Shown: positions 17,549-27,549 of the stretch, in pieces | Layout: each line of letters starts with the position of its first letter | How positions within the stretch are numbered: the first letter of the stretch is position 1 | Source of the DNA: Myxococcales bacterium | GTDB lineage: Bacteria > Myxococcota > Kuafuiibacteriia > Kuafuiibacteriales > Kuafuiibacteriaceae | DNA length: 64,000 nucleotides | Direction: 5' to 3' | NCBI GenBank assembly: GCA_019634385.1 | Contig: JAHQVK010000069.1 | Location: 22,182 to 86,181 of the forward strand | Notes under the pieces: model-generated | The model's database searches: none | What the model was told of the DNA's origin: nothing | What the model saw: the letters and a program-made list of their open reading frames with translations, nothing else | Made by a program: the position numbers and the translations under genes

Positions 17549-18184
17549 TTAGTTGATTTGAGTGAATGCCACGGCAGGAAAGAGTTGGCCTTGGTCATCC
17601 TCTCGGGTGGAATCTAAGGTCGCGACGATGACTTCGTAGGGAATGTTGTCATCAGCAGCAATATAGATCGCCTTAGTATCCGGAAATGCATTCTTGATGC
17701 CTCGCATTTTCACCGCGAGGCTGCGGAAGTTGTAGGCGCCGTCACCGAGGAGCGGAACGGTGGGAGGAGCTTTGGATACCCCTTCCGCCGTGACTTTTTG
17801 TTGAGCAGTGGCTGCGGTTTCGCCAGGGAGAACGCCTCCGACAGCTGCGATGTAAAAGCCGGATTGTGCGACACCTACCGTTAAGCGATCCAGCTTTGAC
17901 GTATTCTTTTCGAATTGTTGGGCCGCTCCTTTGGTGTCTAGCGAAGCGTAGGTAGGGGCAGTGATGTCGATCATACCTAGGGACACCACTGCGGTTTGTG
18001 CCACGAGCATGAACATGATCAGGTTGATCATGATGTCGAGGTACGGAACGATGTTGAGCTCACCCTCCTCCTCACCCCCGGCCTTGACGGTCATTCGACC
18101 CCGCTGACGGCGAACGTAGGTTAGGTCGTTGTGACTGTAAGCGCCGGTGCCCGAGGGGACGTTTGGGGCCTGACGGTTGTTCAT
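17549..18184 (-). CDS. ExbD/TolR-family biopolymer transport protein
   Basis: 211-aa ORF containing LNIVPYLDIMINLIMFMLV (the ExbD/TolR TM Asp motif). Second paralog in the same operon. Confidence 0.8.
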   Translation of the reverse strand: MNNRQAPNVPSGTGAYSHNDLTYVRRQRGRMTVKAGGEEEGELNIVPYLDIMINLIMFMLVAQTAVVSLGMIDITAPTYASLDTKGAAQQFEKNTSKLDRLTVGVAQSGFYIAAVGGVLPGETAATAQQKVTAEGVSKAPPTVPLLGDGAYNFRSLAVKMRGIKNAFPDTKAIYIAADDNIPYEVIVATLDSTREDDQGQLFPAVAFTQIN

Positions 18185-18195
18185 GGTTACCTGGC

Positions 18196-19008
18196 TCAGC
18201 GTCCTTCGGGTAGTTCAGCAACTGCTCGACGGGCGAGCATGTTTTCTAACTTCAAGCTGAAGAACTCGATCTCTTCAACAATTCGCTTCGCCTGTGAGCT
18301 GATAACCAAGTGGAAGAAGATGCAGAAGACGGCGATCACCAATCCGAATAAGGTGTTGTACATCGCCTCGGAGATGCCTTCCGTTAGGAGTGCTGATTTC
18401 TTTTCTGGAGCGGCAAATGATAATGCCTTGAAAGCGTTGATAAGTCCCAACACCGTACCCGCCAGACCAACCAACACCGTGATGTTGGCCATGGACCAAA
18501 GAGCTGCGATCCGTTTCATGATCGTAGGCGTCACGCTCAGTGTCTCCTCCTCGATAGCGTTACCTATTTCGAGAACGCCGCGGTTGGCACGCGTGAGTCC
18601 CGCTCGGAGAACCCGAGCGAGGGCGGACTTAGGAGCGGCATTACACAGCTTTACCGCCTTATCGATGTTGTCACTGACCACCAGTTTTTCGACCTGGGCC
18701 ATGAAGCGTTCACCGTTGAGGTTTAACTGAAAAAACACTGCAATCATGCGGTCGATGACGATCGCTATCGAGACCAGCAGGAAGATGATGTTGATCATCA
18801 TCGGTGTGCCGCCAAGTTTGATAATGTGGCCAAGTTCTGCCATAATGAGTATCAGTCCTTCCAATCCTGAGTGGGCTTGCGCCGCGCTTAACAAACCCAT
18901 GTCGGCCAGCATAAAACCCGATAGGCTATCGATCGACGTACTATGTCCAAATACCGTGCGCCTGAGCCGAAAAGGTCCAGGCGTTTCTTGAGGTTGATGT
19001 TCGGACAC
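18196..19008 (-). CDS. MotA/TolQ/ExbB-family proton channel
   Basis: 270-aa ORF with three predicted TM segments and the conserved C-terminal EGISEAMYNTLFGLVIAV region of ExbB/TolQ. Confidence 0.8.
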   Translation of the reverse strand: MSEHQPQETPGPFRLRRTVFGHSTSIDSLSGFMLADMGLLSAAQAHSGLEGLILIMAELGHIIKLGGTPMMINIIFLLVSIAIVIDRMIAVFFQLNLNGERFMAQVEKLVVSDNIDKAVKLCNAAPKSALARVLRAGLTRANRGVLEIGNAIEEETLSVTPTIMKRIAALWSMANITVLVGLAGTVLGLINAFKALSFAAPEKKSALLTEGISEAMYNTLFGLVIAVFCIFFHLVISSQAKRIVEEIEFFSLKLENMLARRAVAELPEGR

Positions 19009-19594
19009 GCGCGAAAAGCATTCTTCGCTACTTTTTGCCGCCGAGACTCTATGGTCGGGTCCAAAGGCGAAGTATTAACGATCATAGATGCTTAGAACCG
19101 AGAAAGCCCCGTAACGAGACCGTACCCTCGTATAGCCCTCTCAAGGCGCTCGAAGCATCAAGGACTACCGTTCACCCCCCTTATTTCCTGGGGATATGCA
19201 TCCCATGCGCCGATACAACTGGGTCGTGACAGCGGGGACGGAAGATAGCGGTTTTGTGGGAATACCGAATGACAAACTCTTTGACATCATCCGACGCACG
19301 CACATACCGTCGACTTGCCGACGAGCAAATCGTCTCCGGCTTTCCTCCGACCACTGAGATTCAGGGCCTGGACATCGCTGACTGATGACTTCGAACAAAC
19401 GGAGTCGGCCAGGGCTGTCAGCTGAGGTAGAAGTGGTGGCGGTGTGCGGCTTCATAGCTCAGCCGCAGATAAGGGGCTAAGCTCGAGTCCTCGGTTTGCA
19501 AGGTTGTTGATACGGTCGTTTGCGTCTGTAGGTAAGGGGCAAGAGGTGTGCCCACAGAATGCAAGGTAAGCGGCTCGTCGGTCAGAAGGTACTG

Positions 19595-21190
19595 ATGTCC
19601 AAACCCACTCAAGCCAGCAGCGAAGAGATGTCCTTTGGCGATCTCCTCGAGCAGTCGTTCGCACAGGACGAAGTTCGTGAAGGAGAAATAGTCGACGGGG
19701 AAGTCGTTCAGATTCGTAAAGACCAAGTAATTATTGATTTCGGATTTAAATCCGAAGGTGTCGTGCAGCTCGCCGAGTTCCCCGTAGCCGGGGGGCAATC
19801 CCAGGTTCGGGTAGGCGACCGAGTCAGTGTTGTCATCGAGAGCAAGCGTGAGAACGCAGACGGTTTATGTGTGCTCTCTAAAGAGAAGGCTGACCGGATG
19901 CGGGTCTGGGATGACATCGCCAAAGCTCACGATAGCGAAGGAACGGTCGAAGGCACGGTCTTGGCGCGGGTCAAGGGCGGACTCCAGGTGGATATTGGCG
20001 TAAAAGCTTTTCTACCTGGTTCTCAAGTTGATCTTCGCCCTATTCGGAATCTCGACAAGCTCATTGGCGAACGTTTTAAGTTCAAGGTCATCAAGTTCAA
20101 CCGGCGTAGAAACAATATTGTTCTCTCGCGGCGTTTGGTTCTTGAAAAGGAGCGGGAAGAACAAAAAAGCAAGACCCTCGAGCGGCTTCAAGAAGGAGCC
20201 ATCCTCGACGGTCAGGTAAAAAATATTACTGAATATGGGGCGTTTATAGATCTCGGTGGTATCGATGGTCTGCTCCACATCACGGATATGAGCTGGGGCC
20301 GGCTCAATCATCCCTCTGACATGTTTAAGGTCAGTGATGATGTTCGTGTAAAGGTCCTGAAGTTTGATGCCAACACAGAACGGGTCAGCTTGGGTCTCAA
20401 GCAGATTCAAGATGATCCCTGGATGGAAGCGGACAATAAGTACGCCGTAGGCACGAAGGTTTCGGGAGTGGTGGTATCTCTCACTGACTATGGTGCGTTT
20501 ATCGAGTTGGAGCCGGGTATCGAGGGGCTTGTGCATGTGACCGAGATGTCTTGGACAAAACGGGTGAAGCATCCCTCCAAGCTCTACGCCATTGGGGACG
20601 AAGTTTCGGCGCTTGTCTTGGATATTGATATCTCGCAGAAGCGCATTTCTTTGGGGATAAAGCAGACAGAACCCAATCCATGGACCCTATTGGCGAAGAA
20701 GTATCCGGTGGGTACAGTCATCCGCGGCCCCATCAAAAACATCACGGACTTTGGGGTGTTTGTAGGGGTGGAAGATGGCATTGATGGTTTGGTCCATGTG
20801 TCTGATTTGACTTGGTCTGGCCGCATTACCCACCCGAGTGAGATGTTTGAAGAAGACCTCGATGTGGAAGCCGTGGTGCTTAATATCGATGTTGAGCAAG
20901 AACGTTTCAGCTTGGGCATTAAGCAACTGACCGATGACCCGTGGCGGGCCATGCCGGACTGGCTGGAGCCAGGTAACCTCCTGGATGTACGTGCGCTAAA
21001 AGTGTCTCGTGAAGAAGTCTTTGTGGAAATTGCTCCGGGTATTGAGGCTATTTTACCGTGGAACGAGTGGAGCTCAGACCCCACTGATCTCACTACGGTA
21101 GTACGGACTGGAGAAGACGTTCGGGTGGTGGTCTATGATGTCGACCCTCGGGCTCGTATCATTTATGTAAGCCGCACCCGCGCTCAGTAG
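19595..21190 (+). CDS. rpsA: 30S ribosomal protein S1
   Basis: Six S1 (OB-fold) repeats, for example GAILDGQVKNITEYGAFIDLGGIDGLLHITDMSW. Start moved to ATG 19595 (MSKPTQ...), which has GAAGG 5 nt upstream; the track ORF starts at 19559. Confidence 0.9.
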   Translation: MSKPTQASSEEMSFGDLLEQSFAQDEVREGEIVDGEVVQIRKDQVIIDFGFKSEGVVQLAEFPVAGGQSQVRVGDRVSVVIESKRENADGLCVLSKEKADRMRVWDDIAKAHDSEGTVEGTVLARVKGGLQVDIGVKAFLPGSQVDLRPIRNLDKLIGERFKFKVIKFNRRRNNIVLSRRLVLEKEREEQKSKTLERLQEGAILDGQVKNITEYGAFIDLGGIDGLLHITDMSWGRLNHPSDMFKVSDDVRVKVLKFDANTERVSLGLKQIQDDPWMEADNKYAVGTKVSGVVVSLTDYGAFIELEPGIEGLVHVTEMSWTKRVKHPSKLYAIGDEVSALVLDIDISQKRISLGIKQTEPNPWTLLAKKYPVGTVIRGPIKNITDFGVFVGVEDGIDGLVHVSDLTWSGRITHPSEMFEEDLDVEAVVLNIDVEQERFSLGIKQLTDDPWRAMPDWLEPGNLLDVRALKVSREEVFVEIAPGIEAILPWNEWSSDPTDLTTVVRTGEDVRVVVYDVDPRARIIYVSRTRAQ

Positions 21191-21345
21191 TCGGGATGAG
21201 GCCCTAGGATGACTCCCAGCGATTCACTTTACCTACTGTTTTTCAAAACAGCATGAATCATCGGTGCTTAGGTAGAGTGAATCGTGCGGGATAACCAGGA
21301 CGATGCTTGCCAGCCTGGACGTTCTGTGTCTTCGATGCGCCTCCG

Positions 21346-24114
21346 ATGGGCAAGAGACTGGTCATAACCGAGAAACCGAGTGTAGCTAGAGACATTGTCG
21401 GTGCGCTCGGTGGCTTCTCGGAAGAGGACGGATACTGGGAGAGCGCGGAGTATCTGGTGACTTTCGCCGTCGGCCATTTGTTCGAGTTACCTGCACCCGA
21501 TGATATCGACCCCAAGTACAAACGGTGGACGCTCGATACGCTCCCGATTCTGCCGGAAAGTTTCCCACTCAAAGCGAAGTCCGGCACCCGTGAGCGAGTT
21601 TCGGTTCTAAAGAGGCTTCTGAAGCGAGACGACATCGACACGCTTGTGAATGCCTGTGATGCGGGGCGGGAAGGTGAGCTGATCTTTCGCGAGATTACCG
21701 AGTTTTTTGAGGCGAAGCACCCGATCGAACGATTATGGCTCCAGTCTATGACCAAGCGGGCGATCAATGAGGGCTTCAGGTCTCTTCAAGACGGTCACCG
21801 CTTCGACGGGCTTTCGGATGCAGCCCATTGTAGAAACTATTCCGATTGGCTGATCGGTATGAATGCAACTCGGGCTCTCACTCGTCGGCTAAAATCGCGG
21901 AGTGAGAATGCGGCTTGGAGTGCTGGACGGGTGCAAACCCCCACGCTGGCGATGCTGGTTGATAGGGAGTTTGATATTCTCAAGCACGTGCCGGTGCCTT
22001 TTTGGCGGGTGTACGCTGATTTTGCGCACAAAGGGCTTAGCTATCGAGGGACATGGTTCGATCCAAATTTCAAACCTAAGTCGGGTGAAGGTGATGAGGC
22101 ACTTAAGGATGATCACATCCTATCTGAAACCCGCGCTCAGGAGATTCTGGCGAAGATTTCTGGTCAAGCCGGTACCGCCAGAGAAACGAGAAAGCCATCC
22201 AAAGAGGCTGCGCCACTGTTGTTCGACTTAACCTCGCTTCAGCGGGAGGCTAATCGTCGTTTTGGTTGGTCAGCACGCCGAACGCTTAATGCTGCCCAAC
22301 GCTGCTACGAAGCGCATAAGGTTCTTACTTATCCACGTACAGATACAAAGTTTTTACCTGATGAATATCGATCGGTTGTGACTGAGGTGATCGATCAACT
22401 GGGTGAGGATGAGAGGTTTCGTCAGGCAGCTGCGACGCTTCGGAACAAGGGATTACTCAACGAGAAAAAGATCTTTGATGATGCGAAGATCACTGACCAC
22501 TTTGCGATTGTTCCTACTGGAGCGCTCGTCAACGACCTCGGGGGGGATGACGGGCGGATATTTGATCTTGTTACTCGCCGTTTCTTAGCCGCTTTTTTCC
22601 CGCCGGCAATCTGGTCTCGGGTCGAACGTGTTACTGAGGTTGAAGGGGAGTCTTTCAGATCACGAGCTCGAACCCTTCAGGTCCCTGGTTGGCGGTCGGT
22701 GCTGGGGGATGAAGCTTCCGAAGGTGCGGAGCGGTTGCCCCCCCTTGTAGATGGACAAGATGAAGCGAGCGGGGTTTCGGTGGAACTAACCTCGGGGGAA
22801 TTGGAAGAGGATGAGACCAAAGCTCCGTCGCGAATTTCTGAAGCCCGACTACTCTCGCTGATGGAGAATGCGGGTCGCTACGTGGATGATGACGAGGCTG
22901 CAGAGGCCATGAAAGCCTCGGGCATTGGTACTCCGGCCACCCGCGCGGACATTATCGAAAACCTGATCACCAAAGGCTATGTTGCGCGAGTAGGACGAGG
23001 CCTAAAACCGTCCGTTAAAGGTATCCGCCTGATAGATATCCTGCGCCGGATGAACGCGGAACGTCTGGCTTCCCCATCACTGACTGGAGAACTGGAAGCG
23101 CATTTAGGTAGGGTCGAACGAGGGGGATCCACTCGTGACGCATTTATGGAGGAGGTCTATGGCTACGCTCGGGAGATTGTCGAGCTCGCCAAGAGTTTTG
23201 AGTTTGAGGATCTATATCCCAACCAAGATACTCTCGGAACCTGTCCCTGCGGTAAGAAAAAGGCGGTCTACGAACGTTCGTGGTTCTATCGATGTGAAGA
23301 GCCGGAGGGTCTCGATTGGCAGACTATTAAGGCGATGAAGAAGGCAGGAGAGGAGCCTCCAGAAGACTGTTCGTTTCGGGTTTGGAAGGATAAGTCAGGC
23401 CGGTACATCGATCGCAAAACGGTTAGCGAACTCTTGGAGACCCGTCAATCACGTGTGCTTGACGGGTTTGTGGGTCGAAACGGCCGTACGTTTAAGGGCG
23501 TGTTGGAACTTACGGAGGAGGGTGTGGAACTCCGTCCGATCGAAGGGAGCTCCAGTGACGAAGAAGTCGCAGAGACCCCGGAATACGAGGTCAACGAGAC
23601 TCCTCTTTTGCAATGTCCTGTGTGTAGTGAGGGACAGATTGTTGAGACCCGCTCTACCTTTGTCTGCACCCAAGGTCTCCGCGTTCTTAAGGCGCTTGAG
23701 CGGGATGAAGCAAGTGTGATGCCGGTCAAGAAAAAGGCCATCCCCGAGAATATGGTCTATTGTTCGGCGCTACTACCGCGGACGGTCTGTAAACGGGAGG
23801 TCACCAGAGATGAGGCCTTAGCGTTTTTTCAGGAGGAGAAGACACCCATTCTTGAGGGTTTTACATCTCGTCGAGGGCGTCCTTTCTCCGCGCAATTATT
23901 TCTGAAGGAAGAAACCGGTCGACATGGTTTTGAGTTTCCTCCGCGGGGGGGAAGTGACGGAGAAAAAACGGACTCCAAGGGCGTAAAAAAGAAGACGGCG
24001 ACCAAGAAGAAAGCGGCAACCAAGAAGAAAGCGGTCGTAACAAAAGCGGTGGCGACCAAGAAGAAAACGGTTGTGAGAAAGCGGGTGGATTCAGCCCCTG
24101 CGCTAGAGTCATAG
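21346..24114 (+). CDS. topB: DNA topoisomerase III with C-terminal zinc-ribbon/Toprim_Crpt-like repeats and a Lys-rich tail
   Basis: MGKRLVITEKPSVARDI...TFAVGHLFEL is a Toprim N-terminus of TopB type. LTYPRTDTKFL carries the catalytic Tyr. C-terminal CxxC pairs are followed by repeated GFVGRNGRTFKG and GFTSRRGRPFSA units, and the tail reads KKKTATKKKAATKKKAVV. Start chosen at ATG 21346. Confidence 0.85.
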   Translation: MGKRLVITEKPSVARDIVGALGGFSEEDGYWESAEYLVTFAVGHLFELPAPDDIDPKYKRWTLDTLPILPESFPLKAKSGTRERVSVLKRLLKRDDIDTLVNACDAGREGELIFREITEFFEAKHPIERLWLQSMTKRAINEGFRSLQDGHRFDGLSDAAHCRNYSDWLIGMNATRALTRRLKSRSENAAWSAGRVQTPTLAMLVDREFDILKHVPVPFWRVYADFAHKGLSYRGTWFDPNFKPKSGEGDEALKDDHILSETRAQEILAKISGQAGTARETRKPSKEAAPLLFDLTSLQREANRRFGWSARRTLNAAQRCYEAHKVLTYPRTDTKFLPDEYRSVVTEVIDQLGEDERFRQAAATLRNKGLLNEKKIFDDAKITDHFAIVPTGALVNDLGGDDGRIFDLVTRRFLAAFFPPAIWSRVERVTEVEGESFRSRARTLQVPGWRSVLGDEASEGAERLPPLVDGQDEASGVSVELTSGELEEDETKAPSRISEARLLSLMENAGRYVDDDEAAEAMKASGIGTPATRADIIENLITKGYVARVGRGLKPSVKGIRLIDILRRMNAERLASPSLTGELEAHLGRVERGGSTRDAFMEEVYGYAREIVELAKSFEFEDLYPNQDTLGTCPCGKKKAVYERSWFYRCEEPEGLDWQTIKAMKKAGEEPPEDCSFRVWKDKSGRYIDRKTVSELLETRQSRVLDGFVGRNGRTFKGVLELTEEGVELRPIEGSSSDEEVAETPEYEVNETPLLQCPVCSEGQIVETRSTFVCTQGLRVLKALERDEASVMPVKKKAIPENMVYCSALLPRTVCKREVTRDEALAFFQEEKTPILEGFTSRRGRPFSAQLFLKEETGRHGFEFPPRGGSDGEKTDSKGVKKKTATKKKAATKKKAVVTKAVATKKKTVVRKRVDSAPALES

Positions 24115-24195
24115 AGACAGAAAACGATGATTCAGTTTCTCTGATATGTACTGAACTTGACCGTCTGGTGGCGGGTGGGTACCTCCCTAAGCTCT

Positions 24196-24480
24196 ATGCA
24201 AGCCAAGGTGTTGGTCACGCTTCGAGCCGGGGTATTAGACCCTGCCGGCGAGGCTGTGGCTGACGGTCTTCGCCAGCTCGGCTTCGACGAAGTACGAAGT
24301 GTCCGCGTGGGTAAAGTCATCGAAGTTGAACTCGACGATGAAATCGATGCGTCGCTGGCGAAAGAGCGTCTTGGACAAATGGCGGGTCAATTGCTCGCTA
24401 ACCTGGTTATCGAAGACTACGACATTGAGTTCGTGGAGTCTCCTCCGGATAAAGATGCCGGTCCGTCGGGTTGTGCATGA
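24196..24480 (+). CDS. purS: Phosphoribosylformylglycinamidine synthase subunit PurS
   Basis: MQAKVLVTLRAGVLDPAGEAVADGLRQLGF is typical PurS. ATGA overlap with purQ. Confidence 0.85.
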   Translation: MQAKVLVTLRAGVLDPAGEAVADGLRQLGFDEVRSVRVGKVIEVELDDEIDASLAKERLGQMAGQLLANLVIEDYDIEFVESPPDKDAGPSGCA

Positions 24481-25160
24481 AAGTCGCCGTGATTACGTTT
24501 CCCGGTTCCAATTGCGACTCGGATGCCATTTCGGTCATGCGGGTGATGCTGGGGCTTGATACGAAGGCGGTGTGGCACAAGGAAGCCCGACTTCCGGACC
24601 AGGTGCGTTTGGTCATCATCCCCGGTGGTTTTTCCTATGGCGATGCGCTTCGCTCCGGGGCTATCGCCCGGTTTTCCCCCATTATGGCAGACATTAAGCG
24701 ATTTGCTGATGCTGGTGGTTTGGTTATCGGCATCTGCAATGGCTTTCAGATTTTGCTCGAATCTGGCTTGTTGCCAGGGGCGATGCTACAGAACGCATCC
24801 CAAAAATTCGTATGCCGAATGGTCCAGGTGGAGGCGGTCTCGAACACCACGCCTTTTACCTCCGACTACCAACGCCACGAGTGGTTACGGATCCCTGTGG
24901 CTCATCATGAAGGTCGGTATCACGCGGACGAGGAGACTTATCGACAGCTGCAGCGAGACGATCGCATTGCCTTTCGGTATGGTTGCCGAGACAATCCCAA
25001 CGGCTCTTTGGGGGATGTTGCTGGGATAGTGAATGCCCAGCGTAATGTTCTGGGCATGATGCCCCACCCGGAACGGGCCGTGGAGTCGCTATTGGGCTCT
25101 GATGATGGGTTGCGGCTGTTTAGGTCCGCGGTCCGCTTTGCCAAATCACGAGAAGGTTAA
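24477..25160 (+). CDS. purQ: Phosphoribosylformylglycinamidine synthase I (glutaminase subunit)
   Basis: MKVAVITFPGSNCDSD, GICNGFQIL (catalytic Cys) and MPHPER. Confidence 0.9.
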   Translation: MKVAVITFPGSNCDSDAISVMRVMLGLDTKAVWHKEARLPDQVRLVIIPGGFSYGDALRSGAIARFSPIMADIKRFADAGGLVIGICNGFQILLESGLLPGAMLQNASQKFVCRMVQVEAVSNTTPFTSDYQRHEWLRIPVAHHEGRYHADEETYRQLQRDDRIAFRYGCRDNPNGSLGDVAGIVNAQRNVLGMMPHPERAVESLLGSDDGLRLFRSAVRFAKSREG

Positions 25161-25167
25161 GTCACCT

Positions 25168-27411
25168 GTGGATAACGCCAAAGTTGATTTCGAGGCCGCT
25201 GTTGACCACGGTCTTAGCGAAGGAGAATGGAACAAAGTACTGAGCTCTCTCGGGCGCACCCCTACGTGGAGTGAGCTGGGGGTTATCTCAGTGATGTGGA
25301 GTGAGCACTGTTCCTACAAGAGTTCGCGGGTTCACCTACGAAAGTTTCCCACTGAAGCCCCTTGGGTCTTGCAGGGACCCGGTGAGAACGCCGGTGTGAT
25401 CGATATTGGAGATGGCCTGGCGGCCTGTTTCAAGATGGAGTCGCACAACCATCCTTCATTCATTGAGCCCTATCAAGGAGCAGCTACGGGGGTGGGGGGT
25501 ATCATGCGGGATATCTTCACCATGGGGGCGAGACCGGTGGCCAACCTCAATTCGTTGCGCTTTGGCCGGCCAGAGGCTCCTCGGATGCGGTTTTTGCTGG
25601 AAGGGGTTGTTGCGGGTATCGCCAACTACGGCAACTGTATGGGGGTGCCAACGGTCGGAGGTGAGGTGGCCTTTGACGAACAGTACGATGGCAACATCTT
25701 AGTAAACGCTTTCACGTTGGGGGTGATGCCTAGTTCTAGGATTTTCCGCAGTGGGGCAACGGGATCAGGAAATCCCGTAATGTATGTGGGGAGCAAAACG
25801 GGCCGGGATGGGATTCATGGGGCTACGATGGCTTCGGAAGAGTTTGGCGACAATGATGACGCCAAGCGTCCCAGGGTCCAAGTAGGGGATCCGTTTACGG
25901 AGAAGAAGCTCCTGGAAGCATGCTTGGAGCTCATGAAAGAGGATGCGGTCTTAGCTATCCAAGACATGGGGGCGGCCGGACTGACCAGTTCCACCTGCGA
26001 GATGGCAGCTAAAGGTGGCTCTGGCATTGAGATCGATGTGACAAAGGTCCCGCAGCGAGAATTAGGGATGACACCCTACGAGATCTTACTTTCGGAGAGC
26101 CAAGAGCGGATGTTGATGGTGGTTAAACCGGGGGCCGAAGCCCGGGTGACCGAGATTTTCACCAAATGGGATCTGGATGCAGCGGTTATTGGTCTCGTTA
26201 CCAATTCTGGCCAGGTAGTGGTGCGAGAGGGTGACCAGGAGGTGGTGCGGTTGCCCACCGAACTTTTGGTGGATGATGCTCCAAAGTACGATCGTCCGAC
26301 GCGTCGTCCGAATCTCGAGCAGGTGTGGCATCAATTGCCTCAGCTGTCCGATTTGCGGGCCGAAGGAACAACATCTGCTGAGGCCCGGTTGTTGCGGTTG
26401 CTCGCCCGGCCCACTATTGCCTCCAAGCGGTGGGTTTTTGAACAATATGATTGGAGCGTTCGGACCAGTACTGTGCGAGGACCCGGTGAGGCGGATGCGG
26501 CGGTAATTCGTCTTCCAAACGTGCAATCGGAACCAAATCCCCATACTTGCCGAGGGCTGGCAATGACGGTGGATATGAACGCGCGCTTTGTGCATTTGGA
26601 CCCCCGTCGAGGTGCGTATCTTGGGGTACTCGAGGCGGCGCGTAACTTAGTATGTGTGGGAGCGAGGCCAATGGCGCTTACGGACTGCCTCAATTTCGGT
26701 AACCCCGAGAAGCCGGAGGTGATGTGGTCGTTGGTGGAGGCGATTGAGGGCATGAGCCAAGCCTGTAGAGATCTCGACACCCCGGTGGTTTCTGGGAACG
26801 TCAGTCTCTATAACGAAACCAACGGACGGGCCATTTTACCGACGCCGACGGTGGGCATGGTGGGGCTTGTTGATGACGTAACGAAGAGCCCAGGTATGGC
26901 TTTTCAGCGAGAGGGTGATGAAGTGTTGCTACTCGGAGAGCCAGCGGATGCGGTTCTCGGGGGCAGCGAGTTGGTGCTGATGGAAGCGGGAGGGCTATTG
27001 GGTCAACCGGCGGAGCCGAACATTGACCGGGCTAGACGTCTTCATACTACTGTGCTGGAGGCGATACGCAGCGGGTACATTTCCAGCGCTCATGATGCTG
27101 CTGAGGGTGGACTTTTGGTCGCGATTGCCGAAAGTGTGGTAAACGGACGTATCGGGGCTAAACTAGGTCTGCCGTTTGAAGTATCGCTAGCCTCGTTGTT
27201 TGGCGAGGGAGCGAGTATCATACTGGTGAGTACATCACACGGTGAGAGCGTTCGTACCTTGGCTGAAACCCACGGATGTCCAGTGTACAATCTGGGGGTT
27301 GTGGGCGGTCAGGCCCTTGTCGTCGATCAGTTGTGTGAGGTACGGGTTGAGATACTGGCGAACGTCTGGGAAGACGGCTTACGTCAGGCTTTTGATCTAA
27401 GCAGGACATAA
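25168..27411 (+). CDS. purL: Phosphoribosylformylglycinamidine synthase II
   Basis: SEHCSYKSS, FKMESHNHPS and repeated AIR-synthase-like domains. The in-frame GTG at 25168, just after the purQ stop with AGAAGG upstream, is preferred over the overlapping track start at 25102. Confidence 0.9.
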   Translation: MDNAKVDFEAAVDHGLSEGEWNKVLSSLGRTPTWSELGVISVMWSEHCSYKSSRVHLRKFPTEAPWVLQGPGENAGVIDIGDGLAACFKMESHNHPSFIEPYQGAATGVGGIMRDIFTMGARPVANLNSLRFGRPEAPRMRFLLEGVVAGIANYGNCMGVPTVGGEVAFDEQYDGNILVNAFTLGVMPSSRIFRSGATGSGNPVMYVGSKTGRDGIHGATMASEEFGDNDDAKRPRVQVGDPFTEKKLLEACLELMKEDAVLAIQDMGAAGLTSSTCEMAAKGGSGIEIDVTKVPQRELGMTPYEILLSESQERMLMVVKPGAEARVTEIFTKWDLDAAVIGLVTNSGQVVVREGDQEVVRLPTELLVDDAPKYDRPTRRPNLEQVWHQLPQLSDLRAEGTTSAEARLLRLLARPTIASKRWVFEQYDWSVRTSTVRGPGEADAAVIRLPNVQSEPNPHTCRGLAMTVDMNARFVHLDPRRGAYLGVLEAARNLVCVGARPMALTDCLNFGNPEKPEVMWSLVEAIEGMSQACRDLDTPVVSGNVSLYNETNGRAILPTPTVGMVGLVDDVTKSPGMAFQREGDEVLLLGEPADAVLGGSELVLMEAGGLLGQPAEPNIDRARRLHTTVLEAIRSGYISSAHDAAEGGLLVAIAESVVNGRIGAKLGLPFEVSLASLFGEGASIILVSTSHGESVRTLAETHGCPVYNLGVVGGQALVVDQLCEVRVEILANVWEDGLRQAFDLSRT

Positions 27412-27549
27412 CGCACCCCTGCTTGTCACAGGATCGCGCACCACGGGCTCAGTGTGCCCGGCGTCCAGTACGGACAGAGTACGCGAAAGGCCGCTCGCGA
27501 ACAGCGAACGCGGCGCTCGCATGAAACGACATAGTGTGAAGAGGTGAAC

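Noticed and set aside
19436-19520. tRNA-like string (catagctcagc...ctcgagtcctcgg) upstream of rpsA
   Set aside because: I could not fold it into a cloverleaf. There is no acceptor stem complementarity, no GTTCGAATC-type T-loop in the right register, and no anticodon arm at the correct spacing.
21258-21767. 169-aa minus-strand ORF overlapping the start of topB
   Set aside because: It is entirely antisense to the conserved Toprim N-terminus of TopB and has a Ser/Arg-rich low-complexity translation.
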